Counted from the first letter of the stretch, positions 48,580 to 58,900 are shown. The stretch: 64,000 nucleotides of DNA from Candidatus Latescibacterota bacterium (GCA_963422735.1 OY730476.1:4544001-4608000); one strand, 5' to 3'. Notes: generated by a model not told the origin, from the letters alone. Numbers and translations are program-made.

Positions 48580-50474
48580 CGCAAATGCCAGTCCGCGTCT
48601 TTGAGTGCCTCGTAGATTACGCCGCCCTCCACCTGCTCGGGCATGGGGATGCCCAGCAAGTAGCACAGCGTCGGCGCGACATCCACCGCCCGCACCTGCC
48701 GCCTGAGCGCCAGCCCTTGCTTTACGCCGGCACCGGCTAGCACGAACGTGCAGTGCTGCCCGCCGATACCGAGCGTGGCCGAGGGTAGCTGCTTGCCGTG
48801 CGCTCCGTCGTATTCGGGACGCAGCGCATAGACTACATCGCCGACAAGATCACCCGACAGATTGACCATTTCCGCGTCTTCCCGCGTCAGCGCGAGGGCA
48901 AAAGGACCGCGCCCGGTCTGCGGATGGCGATAGGCTTGGAGGGCTTCGATGAGGTCGAGCCGCGTTTGCTCGTAGGCGCTTGGCTCGACGATCCCGGTAG
49001 GCTCGCGCCCCTTGAGATTGAGAAAGATGTGGACCAACCCCACATTGGCCGCACGCGTCCGCTGCCAGTCGATCTGTTTTTTCTTTGCGTCTGCATAGAC
49101 CAAAAAGCCCGCCTGCTCCAGCACCTCGGCGATGTCAACGGGCTGGTGCTGGTTGGGGGTGCCGCCGTGGTCGGAGACGACCGCAACGACCGTGTCGTCG
49201 TCGGCTAACTCGACGATGCGATCGATCATGCGATCGATGGAGGCGTAGGTCTGGGCCACGCCTGCTTGGCAACGCGCCAGCGTGTGCGGGTCGGCCCCGC
49301 TGCACTCGTCGGCCTGCGACAAGAAGAAGTGGCTGGTGTAATCCGAGGCGTGGGTTTCGATGAACAAAACGTCCCAGTCGTTGCTCTCCGTCAGGTAGAA
49401 AGCCACATCGGCCAACCGCTGGTGGTGGAAGTCCAACAGTTCAAAATAGGTCGCGTCATCGACTACGCCCAAAGCGTCTCGCCCTGGATTCTGCAGGAAA
49501 TTACCGACATGTTCGTCAATTTGCTGCGCCACTTCCTCCGGCTGCGTGTAGCCGATCGCCGGCCAGACCTGCGGCACAAAAAGCTCGAAGACATCGCCTG
49601 CTGTGCTCAGACTGACGAGCTTCATGCGCACGTAGCCGGCGAGGGTTTGGCCGTCGATCTCAAAGTCGTCTTTCCACCACTCGGTCCACTGGCCCACTGC
49701 CAGCTCGGCGACCCGATCGCCCGCATCGCGGCTGCGGCAAACGAGCAACCGGTCATAGCCTTTGTCGGCCGAGGCGTATATTAGGCCGTAGAAATGCTTA
49801 GGCGTTCCCTGTTGGCTTAGGTGCATATCCGGCCGCCCGCGCTTGAGCGGCTCGATGACCAGCACCACTTCTTTGGGCGGCAGCGCGGAGGCGGGCGCAT
49901 CTTGCCATCCTTCCGCCGGGACGATCTCCACCGGATCGACGCTGCGCACCTTTTGCAAGGCGCTTGGATCCAAAGTCTCCGGGTCGCGCGGCCCGCCGAT
50001 CGGCCGGGGCGTCCAGCCGCCGCCGACAAAGAGATGGTATCCGGCGATCTGATGCACATTGGATACCCCCGGCCCGGTGCCCTCGACTTGGATGCCGGTT
50101 TGCACGGTCGGCGGCCACGACATTTCCCACTTGACCAAGATTGGCTTTTTACCGACCCGCTCGACTGTGTTCCACAAGTACTCGGCCTGCGAGAGCTGGG
50201 TGTTGATGCCCCACACCGTCTCGTCGAGCCGCCCACCTAATTTGCGGATATTGAAGTCCATGACCTGATGGGTTCCCGCCCAAGCCCCGGTCGAAGTTGC
50301 CGTCCAGCCGGGAGGCGTCAGGGTTGGAAAAACTCCGATCATGGGCCTTTTGACGCCCCGCGCTATGAGCTGACCCAAGTGGGGCATGTGACCTTGGTCC
50401 ACCATGTGTTGCACCAACTCCATGGCGGCACCGTCCATGCCAATGACGATGGCTTTTCGTGCCGGACTCTGCAT
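48576..50474 (-). CDS. Alkaline phosphatase superfamily phosphodiesterase/nucleotide pyrophosphatase
   Basis: VIGMDG, FPTLTPPGWT (Thr nucleophile), SDYTSH, VSDHG, GAHG and VDVAPT motifs. Confidence 0.85.
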   Translation of the reverse strand: MQSPARKAIVIGMDGAAMELVQHMVDQGHMPHLGQLIARGVKRPMIGVFPTLTPPGWTATSTGAWAGTHQVMDFNIRKLGGRLDETVWGINTQLSQAEYLWNTVERVGKKPILVKWEMSWPPTVQTGIQVEGTGPGVSNVHQIAGYHLFVGGGWTPRPIGGPRDPETLDPSALQKVRSVDPVEIVPAEGWQDAPASALPPKEVVLVIEPLKRGRPDMHLSQQGTPKHFYGLIYASADKGYDRLLVCRSRDAGDRVAELAVGQWTEWWKDDFEIDGQTLAGYVRMKLVSLSTAGDVFELFVPQVWPAIGYTQPEEVAQQIDEHVGNFLQNPGRDALGVVDDATYFELLDFHHQRLADVAFYLTESNDWDVLFIETHASDYTSHFFLSQADECSGADPHTLARCQAGVAQTYASIDRMIDRIVELADDDTVVAVVSDHGGTPNQHQPVDIAEVLEQAGFLVYADAKKKQIDWQRTRAANVGLVHIFLNLKGREPTGIVEPSAYEQTRLDLIEALQAYRHPQTGRGPFALALTREDAEMVNLSGDLVGDVVYALRPEYDGAHGKQLPSATLGIGGQHCTFVLAGAGVKQGLALRRQVRAVDVAPTLCYLLGIPMPEQVEGGVIYEALKDADWHLR

Positions 50475-50489
50475 AGTGTTCTCCTATAG

Positions 50490-51965
50490 TTAGATTCCTA
50501 AGCGCTCGTACTGCTCCAGCGGAGCTTCGCACGCTTCCATCTGCTCGCGCAACAGCCGCTGCATCCGCTGCTCCAGTGCCGCGTTGGCGAGCGGCTCGGC
50601 CTGCTGGGGATCGCGCTCTAGGTCGAAGAGCAAGGTCCCGTACTCGTGCTGCTTGCTCCGCGTGTGTCCTTGCGTTCGCAGCAGCCGACAGCCCTTGCTG
50701 AAACCAAACGGCTCGGCTAGCTCCACGCCGGCAAATTCATCGACTGAGAATGAGCTGCGCATGTGCGTGGGCATGAGCGTGTAGTTGTACAGGGGCTGGT
50801 TGTCGGGTCGGGTGGGCGCGCGCATGTACACGTAGCGGCCATCGGTGACGTTGACCTGCCCGCCGTGGTTGCCGAAAATGGCGGCCTCGCGCACGGGTGA
50901 GTCGCTCGCGCAAACCTCGCGCAGGCTCTGGCCGAGCATGTCCGCGGTCGGCTCCATCCCAAAAAGGTCTAGCAAGGTCGGCCCCAAGTCGAGCGATGGC
51001 TGCACCAAGCTCTGCCGCCGCTGGCCCGTTTGGCCGCAGCGAGGATCCCAGACGAAAAACGGCGTGTTGGACAGCTCGCGGTACCAAGGCATCTGCACCT
51101 TGGCCCACAAGTCGTGCTCGCCGAGTAGGAAGCCGTGGTCGGTCCAGACCACGAGCATGGTGTCGTCCCACAGCGCTAGCCGGTCCATCTCGTCGAGGAT
51201 GTCGCCGAGCCGGGCGTCGCACATGCTCAGCAGCGATGCGTAGTGGCCTCGGCACTGATCGACGAGGGCTTGCTCTTCGGTCACGGAGCCGTAGGTCGGC
51301 CAGTCGAACAGCAGGGACGAGCGGTTCTTAAAAAGCGCTGGGTAGAGGTCTTGATACTGACGCTGGGTGAAAAAGGGCTCGTGCGGATCAAAAGTTTCAA
51401 TCTGCAAAAACCAATTGTCTTCGGCTTGGTTGCGGCGGATGAACTCGACTCCGGCTTTGAAGGTCTGGGTTTGGGGCTGGTCCTCCTCGCGGCGCATGTA
51501 TTGCCGGTTGACGCGGTCTTGGCGATGCCACGCACCGCGACCCGCATTGCTTCCGTGCGCTTCTGTAGGCGGCGGGTCGGCCACCTGCCCGATCCACGGA
51601 TCGCCCTCTTGGCCGCGGAAGAACTGCCAAGTGCTGTACTGGGTGTGGTACGTGGCCCCGCCGGCCTCCCAGTAATGGTAGTGGTCGCTGATGAGATGTG
51701 ACGAAACCCCGGCGTCGCGCAGCATTCGCGGCACGGAGTCGTCGAAAGGCTCCAGCGGCCCCCAAGAGCGGTGGAGAAAGTTGGGCCGCCCGGTGTGCAA
51801 ATCGCGGCGCGCCGGCATGCACGGCATGGAGCAGACGTAGCTGGTGTCGAAAGTGAGAGACCGCTCGGCGAGCCGCTGGAAATTGGGCGCGTGCGTCCAG
51901 TCGCAGCCATAGGGCGGCAACATGTGCCGGTTGAGCGAGTCGAACATGACCATAATTGCCTTCAT
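50490..51965 (-). CDS. Sulfatase
   Basis: MFDSLNR, CMPARRDLHTG, FDPHEPF and TDHGFLLGEH motifs. Confidence 0.93.
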   Translation of the reverse strand: MKAIMVMFDSLNRHMLPPYGCDWTHAPNFQRLAERSLTFDTSYVCSMPCMPARRDLHTGRPNFLHRSWGPLEPFDDSVPRMLRDAGVSSHLISDHYHYWEAGGATYHTQYSTWQFFRGQEGDPWIGQVADPPPTEAHGSNAGRGAWHRQDRVNRQYMRREEDQPQTQTFKAGVEFIRRNQAEDNWFLQIETFDPHEPFFTQRQYQDLYPALFKNRSSLLFDWPTYGSVTEEQALVDQCRGHYASLLSMCDARLGDILDEMDRLALWDDTMLVVWTDHGFLLGEHDLWAKVQMPWYRELSNTPFFVWDPRCGQTGQRRQSLVQPSLDLGPTLLDLFGMEPTADMLGQSLREVCASDSPVREAAIFGNHGGQVNVTDGRYVYMRAPTRPDNQPLYNYTLMPTHMRSSFSVDEFAGVELAEPFGFSKGCRLLRTQGHTRSKQHEYGTLLFDLERDPQQAEPLANAALEQRMQRLLREQMEACEAPLEQYERLGI

Positions 51966-53008
51966 ACATTCACCTCGTGGAGGAGTTGGACGGCCTGTTG
52001 GCCGCGCTCGGACTCAGGATCGCGCCGCGCAATGCGCCGCAATTGGTACAAGGCCCGCTCGTCGCCGCCGCGCGCTAAGGATAGGGCCTCGGCAAACCCT
52101 TGATCCCCCCAGCGGGACAACTGCGGCACTACCTCTAGGTCTAGGGCTTGCCAATAGTACTGCAACTCTTCGCGTTGCCAGCCCGCGTAGCAAGCTTCCC
52201 AGTTAAAGCCGGTGACGCCAGTCAGGTGCGGCTCCAGCATGTGCCGCGCAATCGGCTCGTCCCGCGCTTGATAGCGGTTGTCGAGCGAAATGCGCAGGCG
52301 ATCTTCCGTGTAGTTGGGCAGAGCTTGGTGGACGGTTAGGCTCGGAAAGATCAGCGCGTCTCCGGCTTCGTAATTCGCGCTGAGCCAGCGCCCGGTCAGC
52401 TCGGATTCATCTACGGTCAAGCCGCCAGCCCCCAACGAGAAGTGGTGCTGGCGCACCTTGCCGATTTTGTGCGACCCGGGCAGCACCGCCAGCCCCCCCA
52501 ACTCCAACGGGCAATCGCCCACGGGTGCCCAGAAGGTGTAGGTGTTGAAGCTGCCTTGGAAGTGGACAAAGTCTTGGTGCTTGGGCGTGGTGTGCTCGGT
52601 GTATTGGGGAAACCACAGCCGGGCGATCTTCTGCGGATGCGGCAACACCGGGCCACCGACGACTTGCTCCATCACGGCTAAGACCTCCGGCCAATGCCCG
52701 GCTTGGTGAAAGGCCTCCAAGCGGTACACTCGGTGATATACCTCGGCGTATTCGGGATCGCCTTCGGTACACTGCGCCCCGATCCGCGCAATGCAGTCCA
52801 TGGGGTCCGTGCCAGCGACCAGCCACCCGGCCTCCATCAACACCTCGGCCACCTCTTGCCGCAGGGATAGCAGCTTGTCTTTGGCCATGATCTGCCGCAA
52901 AAAAATGTACCCTTGTTCGTCCAGACGTCGTCGCAGCTCAGCGCGGTCCCCGAGGGCCTCGTTGGCCTCTTGTAGCAGGCCGATTTCACTGGCGTCTTTT
53001 GCTGTCAT
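51962..53008 (-). CDS. PhyH family Fe(II)/2-OG dioxygenase
   Basis: TPKHQD, GGLAVLPGSH and VHQALPN..RISLDNRYQ motifs. Confidence 0.9.
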   Translation of the reverse strand: MTAKDASEIGLLQEANEALGDRAELRRRLDEQGYIFLRQIMAKDKLLSLRQEVAEVLMEAGWLVAGTDPMDCIARIGAQCTEGDPEYAEVYHRVYRLEAFHQAGHWPEVLAVMEQVVGGPVLPHPQKIARLWFPQYTEHTTPKHQDFVHFQGSFNTYTFWAPVGDCPLELGGLAVLPGSHKIGKVRQHHFSLGAGGLTVDESELTGRWLSANYEAGDALIFPSLTVHQALPNYTEDRLRISLDNRYQARDEPIARHMLEPHLTGVTGFNWEACYAGWQREELQYYWQALDLEVVPQLSRWGDQGFAEALSLARGGDERALYQLRRIARRDPESERGQQAVQLLHEVNV

Positions 53009-53829
53009 CAGGCTCGTCCTTGCACCGCTGGCTCCATGTCGTTTCCCCGAAATCCGGCCACGACGATGTTGTTGTTGCGCTCCAGCACGTTGTCTTGGTC
53101 GATGCGATGCGGGTTGTCCTCAGCTCGCCCCACTGGCCGCAGCCTCGTGCTGTGATAGCCAAAGCGCACGGACTTGCGCCAAGAGTCCGTGCGGTTGCAA
53201 TCCGACCAGTGGATCGTCTGGTAGCTGAAGAAAATCATGTCGCCGCGCTCTGCCGGCACGGCAATGCTGTCGAGGCGGTCGGGATGGAATCGCTCCGGCG
53301 GCAGGTGCGGGGCTGTATCCGGCCCCAGCACGTGCTCCAGCGGCCCCTGCTTGTGGCTTTCTGGCACGACCATCAGCGCACCGCTTTCCAGCGGCGTGTC
53401 GTCTAAGTGCAGCAAGCAGTCCACGAAATCCGGCCCGTCGTGCGGGTAGAACGGATAGTCTTGGTGCATGGGGAAAGGCGTGCCTTTCTCCGGCGGCTTG
53501 GCGTGCAGGACGGTGTGGTGCCACTGCACCGGCCCATCGATGAGCTGCCGCACGCAGGCGAGCATCGCCTCGTGGAAGAGGACTCGGCCCCAAGCGGCCG
53601 AGTAAAAGTGCGGGTTGTGCATGAAGACCGCCCGCGTGTTGAGCCGCTCTTCTTCGTCGAGGTAGCGATCGCGCCAGGGGCCGACCCAGCCGATGGTCTC
53701 CTGCCCCCACTGCTCGATCACTCGCACCATCTCCGAGGCTAGCTCTTCGGCTTCCTCGGGCGTGAAAAGCTGGGCCACCTTGAGATAGCCCTGTTCGCGG
53801 TAGTGCGCTACCTGTTCCTTATTCAGCAT
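53008..53829 (-). CDS. PhyH family Fe(II)/2-OG dioxygenase
   Basis: AKPPEKG..MHQD, GALMVVPESH and IHWSDCNRT..RK motifs. Confidence 0.9.
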   Translation of the reverse strand: MLNKEQVAHYREQGYLKVAQLFTPEEAEELASEMVRVIEQWGQETIGWVGPWRDRYLDEEERLNTRAVFMHNPHFYSAAWGRVLFHEAMLACVRQLIDGPVQWHHTVLHAKPPEKGTPFPMHQDYPFYPHDGPDFVDCLLHLDDTPLESGALMVVPESHKQGPLEHVLGPDTAPHLPPERFHPDRLDSIAVPAERGDMIFFSYQTIHWSDCNRTDSWRKSVRFGYHSTRLRPVGRAEDNPHRIDQDNVLERNNNIVVAGFRGNDMEPAVQGRA

Positions 53830-53831
53830 GT

Positions 53832-54842
53832 CTAGCTCCTTTCTTCTTCGGCCCTCTTTTGCAGGGCGCGCATGTAAGCCAATGTATAAGCCGTACCCAG
53901 CCGCCCGTCGTCGCCCATCTGCGGGATGTGGTCCGGGATCAAGGTGCCGTCGTACCCAACTTCGGCCAGCGTCCGCATGGCCTGATACATATCGAAGTAT
54001 CCGTCATCGACAAAGGTCTCGACAAAGTGGGGTAGCGGCTGGTCAACGTTGCGGTAGTGGACCTTGAATATCTTGCCCTGCCCGCCGAAATAGCGAATCG
54101 TCTCCACCACATCGCGGCCCATAGCCTCGCCCCCCTCCAGCCAGCAGCCGATGCACAAGCACATCCCCACGTTGGGGCTGTCGGCGATTTCGAGGGCGCG
54201 TTTGTACCCGTCAAAGCTGCTGAAAATGGGCCGCGGGACCCCGCCCAACAGCACCCCGGGCGGGTCGTCCGGGTGAATGCCAATGCGGACGCCAGCCTCC
54301 TCGGCGACCGGCGCGACTTCCTTGGCAAAGGAGGCGAAGTTGTCCCACAGCTCTTCCTCGGTGTATTCGCGGCCGTGCGTCAGCCCCTCGCCGGTAAATC
54401 CGCCGCCGGAAGCCTCGGCGAGCCGCGCCATGTCAAAGGCCCGCGCCCTAGAGCCGCCGCGGGTCCGCTCCGGCGGTGTGCTCCACACGCTATTGGCCAT
54501 GTGCGCGTATGTCGTATAGGGAATGTCGGCTTGGCCCAGGTTGCGGATGTGCGCCTTGTACTCTTCTACTTTCTCGTCTCGGTTGGGCAGGTTGAGGGTG
54601 ATCGCATCCACGTTGTGGACGCTGCCATTGCCCAGTCCATAGAGCTGGATGCCGCCGCGGGCAAAGTGCGCTCGGCGGCTGCGATAGTACTCGGGGCTGG
54701 CCTTGGCCGGATCGACCCAAGTCACTGCGTATTCTACGCCCATTTGCCGCACAAAGGCCATTTCTTCGTCGCTCGGCTCTGGGGGCATCTGGGCCGCGAC
54801 CTTGAGGCCGGGCGCTATTTCCATGTGGCTTTTGACGGCCAT
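53832..54842 (-). CDS. uxuA: Mannonate dehydratase-like protein
   Basis: RQMGV, LWDNF..VAPVAEEAGVRIGIHPDDPP, VHYRNV, FVETFVDDG and IPDHIP motifs. Confidence 0.8.
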   Translation of the reverse strand: MAVKSHMEIAPGLKVAAQMPPEPSDEEMAFVRQMGVEYAVTWVDPAKASPEYYRSRRAHFARGGIQLYGLGNGSVHNVDAITLNLPNRDEKVEEYKAHIRNLGQADIPYTTYAHMANSVWSTPPERTRGGSRARAFDMARLAEASGGGFTGEGLTHGREYTEEELWDNFASFAKEVAPVAEEAGVRIGIHPDDPPGVLLGGVPRPIFSSFDGYKRALEIADSPNVGMCLCIGCWLEGGEAMGRDVVETIRYFGGQGKIFKVHYRNVDQPLPHFVETFVDDGYFDMYQAMRTLAEVGYDGTLIPDHIPQMGDDGRLGTAYTLAYMRALQKRAEEERS

Positions 54843-54984
54843 GATGATCTTCCTTTCGCTCCAAAGGGCAGGGATGGGATTGCGCGGCAAATCTAAGGCC
54901 CGAGCCGTGCGCTATCAACCGAGGAGCGCAAGCGGCAAATTAAATACGTCGCTATACTTTGGGAGCGGAAGGGGTGCGCGTAAA

Positions 54985-55788
54985 ATGCAGAATAAACTCA
55001 TGCAGCGTCCGGCCCCAATCGTCACGCTGACGACGGATTTCGGCTGCGGCGACTACTATGTCGGTGCGATGAAGGGGGTCATCCTGCGCATCGCCCCGGA
55101 GGTCCATATAGTGGATATTTCCCACCAGATTCCGCCCCAAGACGTGCTTGCCGCTGCCTTTGTCTTGCGCCACGCCGCGGGCGAATTCCCGCCCGGCACC
55201 GTGCATGTAGCCGTCGTCGATCCCGGCGTAGGTACCCAGCGCCGCCCCCTCGCCCTCCAGAGCAGCGGCCACTTGTGGGTGGGGCCAGACAACGGCCTCT
55301 TCAGCTTCGTCCTCGACCGCGCCGACAGCCAAGTTCACTCGATCGCCCGACGCGACCTCGGCCGACTCGACCCGAGCAACACCTTCCACGGCCGCGATCT
55401 CTTCGCTCCGCTGGCCGCTCACCTCTGTTGTGGCTTGGACCTTGCTGCCGTCGGGCCGCCAGTGGCCGACCCGGTGCGCTTAGCCGAATCCGCACCTTGT
55501 AAATCGGCTAGCCGCATCACCGGCCACATCGTTCACATTGACGGCTTCGGCAACTTGGTGTCCAACATTGCGGCCGCCGACATGGCACCGTGGGGCTTTG
55601 CGCTGCGCATCGGCCTCGGCGCGCACGTACTCACGCAGCTTTGCAGCACGTACGAGGATGTCGAACCGGGCGCTCCCCTTGCCTTGATCGGCAGCGCCGG
55701 TCTGTTGGAAATTGCGGTCAACCGCGGCCATGCCGCCCGTCAACTGAACGTGCAACGCCGCGCTCCCCTCGTCGTCGAAAGGCTCTGA
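54985..55788 (+). CDS. SAM hydroxide adenosyltransferase/chlorinase-fluorinase family (DUF62)
   Basis: TLTTDFG, VVDPGVGT, GPDNG, SNTFHGRDLF, IDGFGN and LEIAVNRG motifs. Confidence 0.92.
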   Translation: MQNKLMQRPAPIVTLTTDFGCGDYYVGAMKGVILRIAPEVHIVDISHQIPPQDVLAAAFVLRHAAGEFPPGTVHVAVVDPGVGTQRRPLALQSSGHLWVGPDNGLFSFVLDRADSQVHSIARRDLGRLDPSNTFHGRDLFAPLAAHLCCGLDLAAVGPPVADPVRLAESAPCKSASRITGHIVHIDGFGNLVSNIAAADMAPWGFALRIGLGAHVLTQLCSTYEDVEPGAPLALIGSAGLLEIAVNRGHAARQLNVQRRAPLVVERL

Positions 55789-55800
55789 AAAAGAAAAATT

Positions 55801-57159
55801 ATGTCTAGCGCTCCGCTCATCGTCGGCATTTCTGGAATTCGCGGCCTCGTCGGCCAGTCGCTCACCGACGAGGTCGTCGCCCGCTTTGCCGCGGCCTTTG
55901 GCACCACCTTGACGCTGGGCGCTACCGTTGTCCTCGCCCGCGACACGCGCCCATCTGGAGCGGCTTTTGCCCAAGCTGCGGCCGCCGCATTATGCCAGAC
56001 AGGTTGCCGCGTCGTCGATTTGGGCACGTGCTCTACGCCCGGGGCCAAGCTGATGGTCGCCGCGCTCAATGCCGAGGGCGCAATTATCATCACCGCCAGC
56101 CATAATCCGGCCCGGTGGAACGGCCTCAAGCTGGTGCGCGCCGACGGCGTCTTCCTCAATGCGGAAGAGGGCGCGCACGTCGAGGCCCTCTTCCACGCGG
56201 GCCAGTTTCGCTGCGCCGCGTCCGGTGCGGTGGAAACGCGCGACCCGGACTCCGTAGTGGCGCGCCACGTCCAGCGGATTGTGGACTACGTCGATGCCGC
56301 GGCCATTCGCCGGGCCGGGTTCAAGGTGGCCGTCGATCCCTGCAATGGCACGGGGGCCTTGTTGGTCCCGAGCCTGCTGGACGCCTTGGGCGTCGAAGCC
56401 ATGCTCATCAACGCACGGCCCGACGGCAATTTCGCCCACGACCCGGAGCCGGTGCCCGCCAACCTCGTCCAGCTCGGCCAGGCCGTGCGCAATGGCGGCT
56501 GCGCCATCGGCTTTGCCATTGACCCGGACGCCGACCGCGTCGCCTTGGTCGATTCGAGCGGCGCACCCGTAGGCGAAGACTACACGCTCGCGATTGCAGT
56601 GCAAGCGGCGGCGGCGCGGCAGCCCGGTCCGGTCGTCACCACCCTCTCCACCTCGCAGGCCGTTACGGACGCGGCCGCTGCCCACAACTGCCCGGTCTTT
56701 CTCACGGCGGTCGGCGAAGTAAACGTGGTGGAGAAGATGATAGCCGAGCGAGCCGTCATCGGCGGCGAGGGCAATGGCGGCGTCATCGTCGCCCAAGTTG
56801 GCCCCAGCCGCGATGCGGCCGTTGGCTTGGCTCTAGTTCTAGAGGCGATGGCACGCACCGGACGATCCCTCGAAGAACTGATCGCCGCCCTGCCCAGCTA
56901 CGCCATCGACAAGCGCAAAATTACTTGCACCCCAGAGCAGCTAGCCGCTGCCCTCGCCGCCCTGCGCGGACGCTACCCCGAGGCGTATGTCCACCCGGTG
57001 CGCGATGGTTCCAAGCTCTACCTAAATGGGCGGCTCGAATGCCCTTGGATCCACCTCCGTGCCTCCAACACCGAGCCCATTGTCCGCGTCATCGCCGAGA
57101 GTGCGAGTGCTGCAGAAGCCGCCCGGCTCTGCGACGAGATGGAAGGGTTGTTTAGATAG
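55801..57159 (+). CDS. Alpha-D-phosphohexomutase (GlmM/PMM-like)
   Basis: SGIRG, ITASHNP, DPDADR, GGEGNGG and RASNTEP motifs. Confidence 0.92.
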   Translation: MSSAPLIVGISGIRGLVGQSLTDEVVARFAAAFGTTLTLGATVVLARDTRPSGAAFAQAAAAALCQTGCRVVDLGTCSTPGAKLMVAALNAEGAIIITASHNPARWNGLKLVRADGVFLNAEEGAHVEALFHAGQFRCAASGAVETRDPDSVVARHVQRIVDYVDAAAIRRAGFKVAVDPCNGTGALLVPSLLDALGVEAMLINARPDGNFAHDPEPVPANLVQLGQAVRNGGCAIGFAIDPDADRVALVDSSGAPVGEDYTLAIAVQAAAARQPGPVVTTLSTSQAVTDAAAAHNCPVFLTAVGEVNVVEKMIAERAVIGGEGNGGVIVAQVGPSRDAAVGLALVLEAMARTGRSLEELIAALPSYAIDKRKITCTPEQLAAALAALRGRYPEAYVHPVRDGSKLYLNGRLECPWIHLRASNTEPIVRVIAESASAAEAARLCDEMEGLFR

Positions 57160-57246
57160 GAGAAGGACGACGCGGCGGGATGGCCCGAAGCCGCTCGGGC
57201 TCGAAGACACCCCTGCCGGGTGCCCTCTCAGAACAAAGGAGAGACA

Positions 57247-57917
57247 ATGAACAAGATCATTTTCGTTTCGATCGCAGCGTTGTTGGCTTGCGCCGGTCCC
57301 GAAGGCGAACAAGGGCCTGTACGTCCCGCCGGCCCAGAAGGCCCGCAAGGAACAGATGTCTTTAAGTTGTTTACGTTCTTTCGGACGGACTTCAACAATG
57401 AAAACCAAATAGGGGAGGTCCTGGAACTTGGCGAATACAACGAGGGAGGCTAATTGGACGGGGTAGTGACGAAGAAATTACGACGAGTTTGTACTCAAGA
57501 GCCGACTTTAACGGACCACTCTACGTCACAGTCACGACTCAAGGGCTTCGTGGTATTAAGGGCAGCCAGTACGGTGTCATGTTTTATCGAGACGGTAGGG
57601 ACTTCTACGGATATAGCATAAATACCTATGGGAATTTTGTATTAAGTCGATGGGATGACGGAGGCAGCCCTATAGCACTGGTCGATTGGACTTATAGCTC
57701 ATCCATCAATGAAGAGGGAACCAATACGTTAAGTGTCTTTATTGACAAAGGCCAGATAGAAGCATCCATCAACGGAATGCTCGTCGCTGAGGTCTTTGAC
57801 GACACCTACACCGAAGGAAGAGTAGGTGTCTTTATAGGTGGCGACCAAGAAGTGGCCTTCGACGATCTGACCGTAGGGACGCTCCCTCGTTTGGAAAAGC
57901 CTGTGGCGAGTCCGTAG
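57247..57917 (+). pseudogene. Lipoprotein with short collagen-like GXY tract and beta-sandwich domain, broken
   Basis: AAGGAG RBS, lipobox ALLAC, GPEGEQGP..GPEGPQG, stop at 57451-53; the C-terminal part continues in another frame to GRVGVF..VAFDDL. Lower GC. Confidence 0.6.
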
Positions 57918-58010
57918 CCCAGTTAAGCCACACCAGCCTTTAGCAAAGGGCCGCTTGTATCTTGCTCTGAGCAATGCTTGGGAGCGAGGACATTTTCTCT
58001 CGTCTCAGAG

Positions 58011-58517
58011 TTAGCTAGCGGCGACGATATCCCCATAGGAGCCTTTGACTAGCTGGTCGCTGGTGATTTCCAATGCCCTCATCAGGGCCTCTACGCGCTG
58101 GTGCGACTCCTCGATGCCTTTTTCTTCGGTCACAGCCTCTAGCTCGACGAACTGGCCGATGCCCTTCACGTCGTCGAGATGAATGCGCACGTTTTCCCAC
58201 AGCCAAACTTGGCGCGTCTTTTCCACCTCAACCCAGATGCCGTGGATGTTGCTGAGGATGTGGCGCAGGCCCTCGGGGTCTTCGGTCTTGGCAATCTCGT
58301 AGTCGCTGCGCTTGGGGCCGGCTAGGTCCTCGCGCTGGTAGAAAATCAGATGACCTTCGTCGGTTCCAAGCTCGCGCAGCTTGAGCCGCCCTTGGTCGAT
58401 GTTGAAATAGGTGTCCTTCTGGTGGAAGGTCCCCGCTAGCCCCGCGCCGAGGGCGTTGAGGTTTTCTTCGGCGCGCTGGACATCTTGATAGTGAGCCTTG
58501 ATCTCGATATTGGTCAT
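58011..58517 (-). CDS. CYTH-domain (class IV adenylate cyclase-like) protein
   Basis: NIEIKA, QKDTYF, GRLKLRE, VEKTR and RIHLDDVKGIGQFVELE motifs. Confidence 0.92.
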   Translation of the reverse strand: MTNIEIKAHYQDVQRAEENLNALGAGLAGTFHQKDTYFNIDQGRLKLRELGTDEGHLIFYQREDLAGPKRSDYEIAKTEDPEGLRHILSNIHGIWVEVEKTRQVWLWENVRIHLDDVKGIGQFVELEAVTEEKGIEESHQRVEALMRALEITSDQLVKGSYGDIVAAS

Positions 58518-58548
58518 GTCGGATGCGTTTCGTTGAATACGGCCTGAA

Positions 58549-58577
58549 AATTTACGCCCGCCCCTCGGCCCGTGCAA
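58549..58577 (-). promoter_or_regulatory. Putative sigma-70 promoter of the CYTH gene
   Basis: Minus strand TTGCAC-N17-TAAATT. Confidence 0.5.
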
Positions 58578-58699
58578 GCTTGCGCTCCACTCCCCAATAC
58601 ATCAAAATAACCCATGGCCGCCCACGCCGAAGCCGCCGCTACACCGACCGCCGACCGTGCTGTTCCACTAACCCGAACTCGCCGAGGCTGGCCTGTGCG

Positions 58700-58900
58700 C
58701 GGGCCTTGGCAAAGCCGCATTGGATGGCTGGAAGGCATCGCCGAGCAGATAGCCCCTCGACTGGACAGCATAGAGCGAGCTATCAGCGAACTTCGCCGCG
58801 ATACCAACGCCCGCTTAGGGCCTCATATTGTGGGTGATCGGAACGCAAATCGCGCTCATGGGCTTGTCGTTCGTCGCTCAATCGACCGGCCAGCCTACGC
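58700..58900 (+). pseudogene. Remnant of a small coiled-coil plus C-terminal TM protein
   Basis: SRIGWLEGIAEQIAPRLDSIERAISELRRDTNAR followed by an off-frame hydrophobic LIVGIGTQIALMG-like tail. Confidence 0.35.

Noticed and set aside
54985-55788. Calling a fluorinase/chlorinase biosynthetic locus
   Set aside because: Motifs fit the widespread DUF62 SAM hydrolase and no biosynthetic cluster is adjacent.
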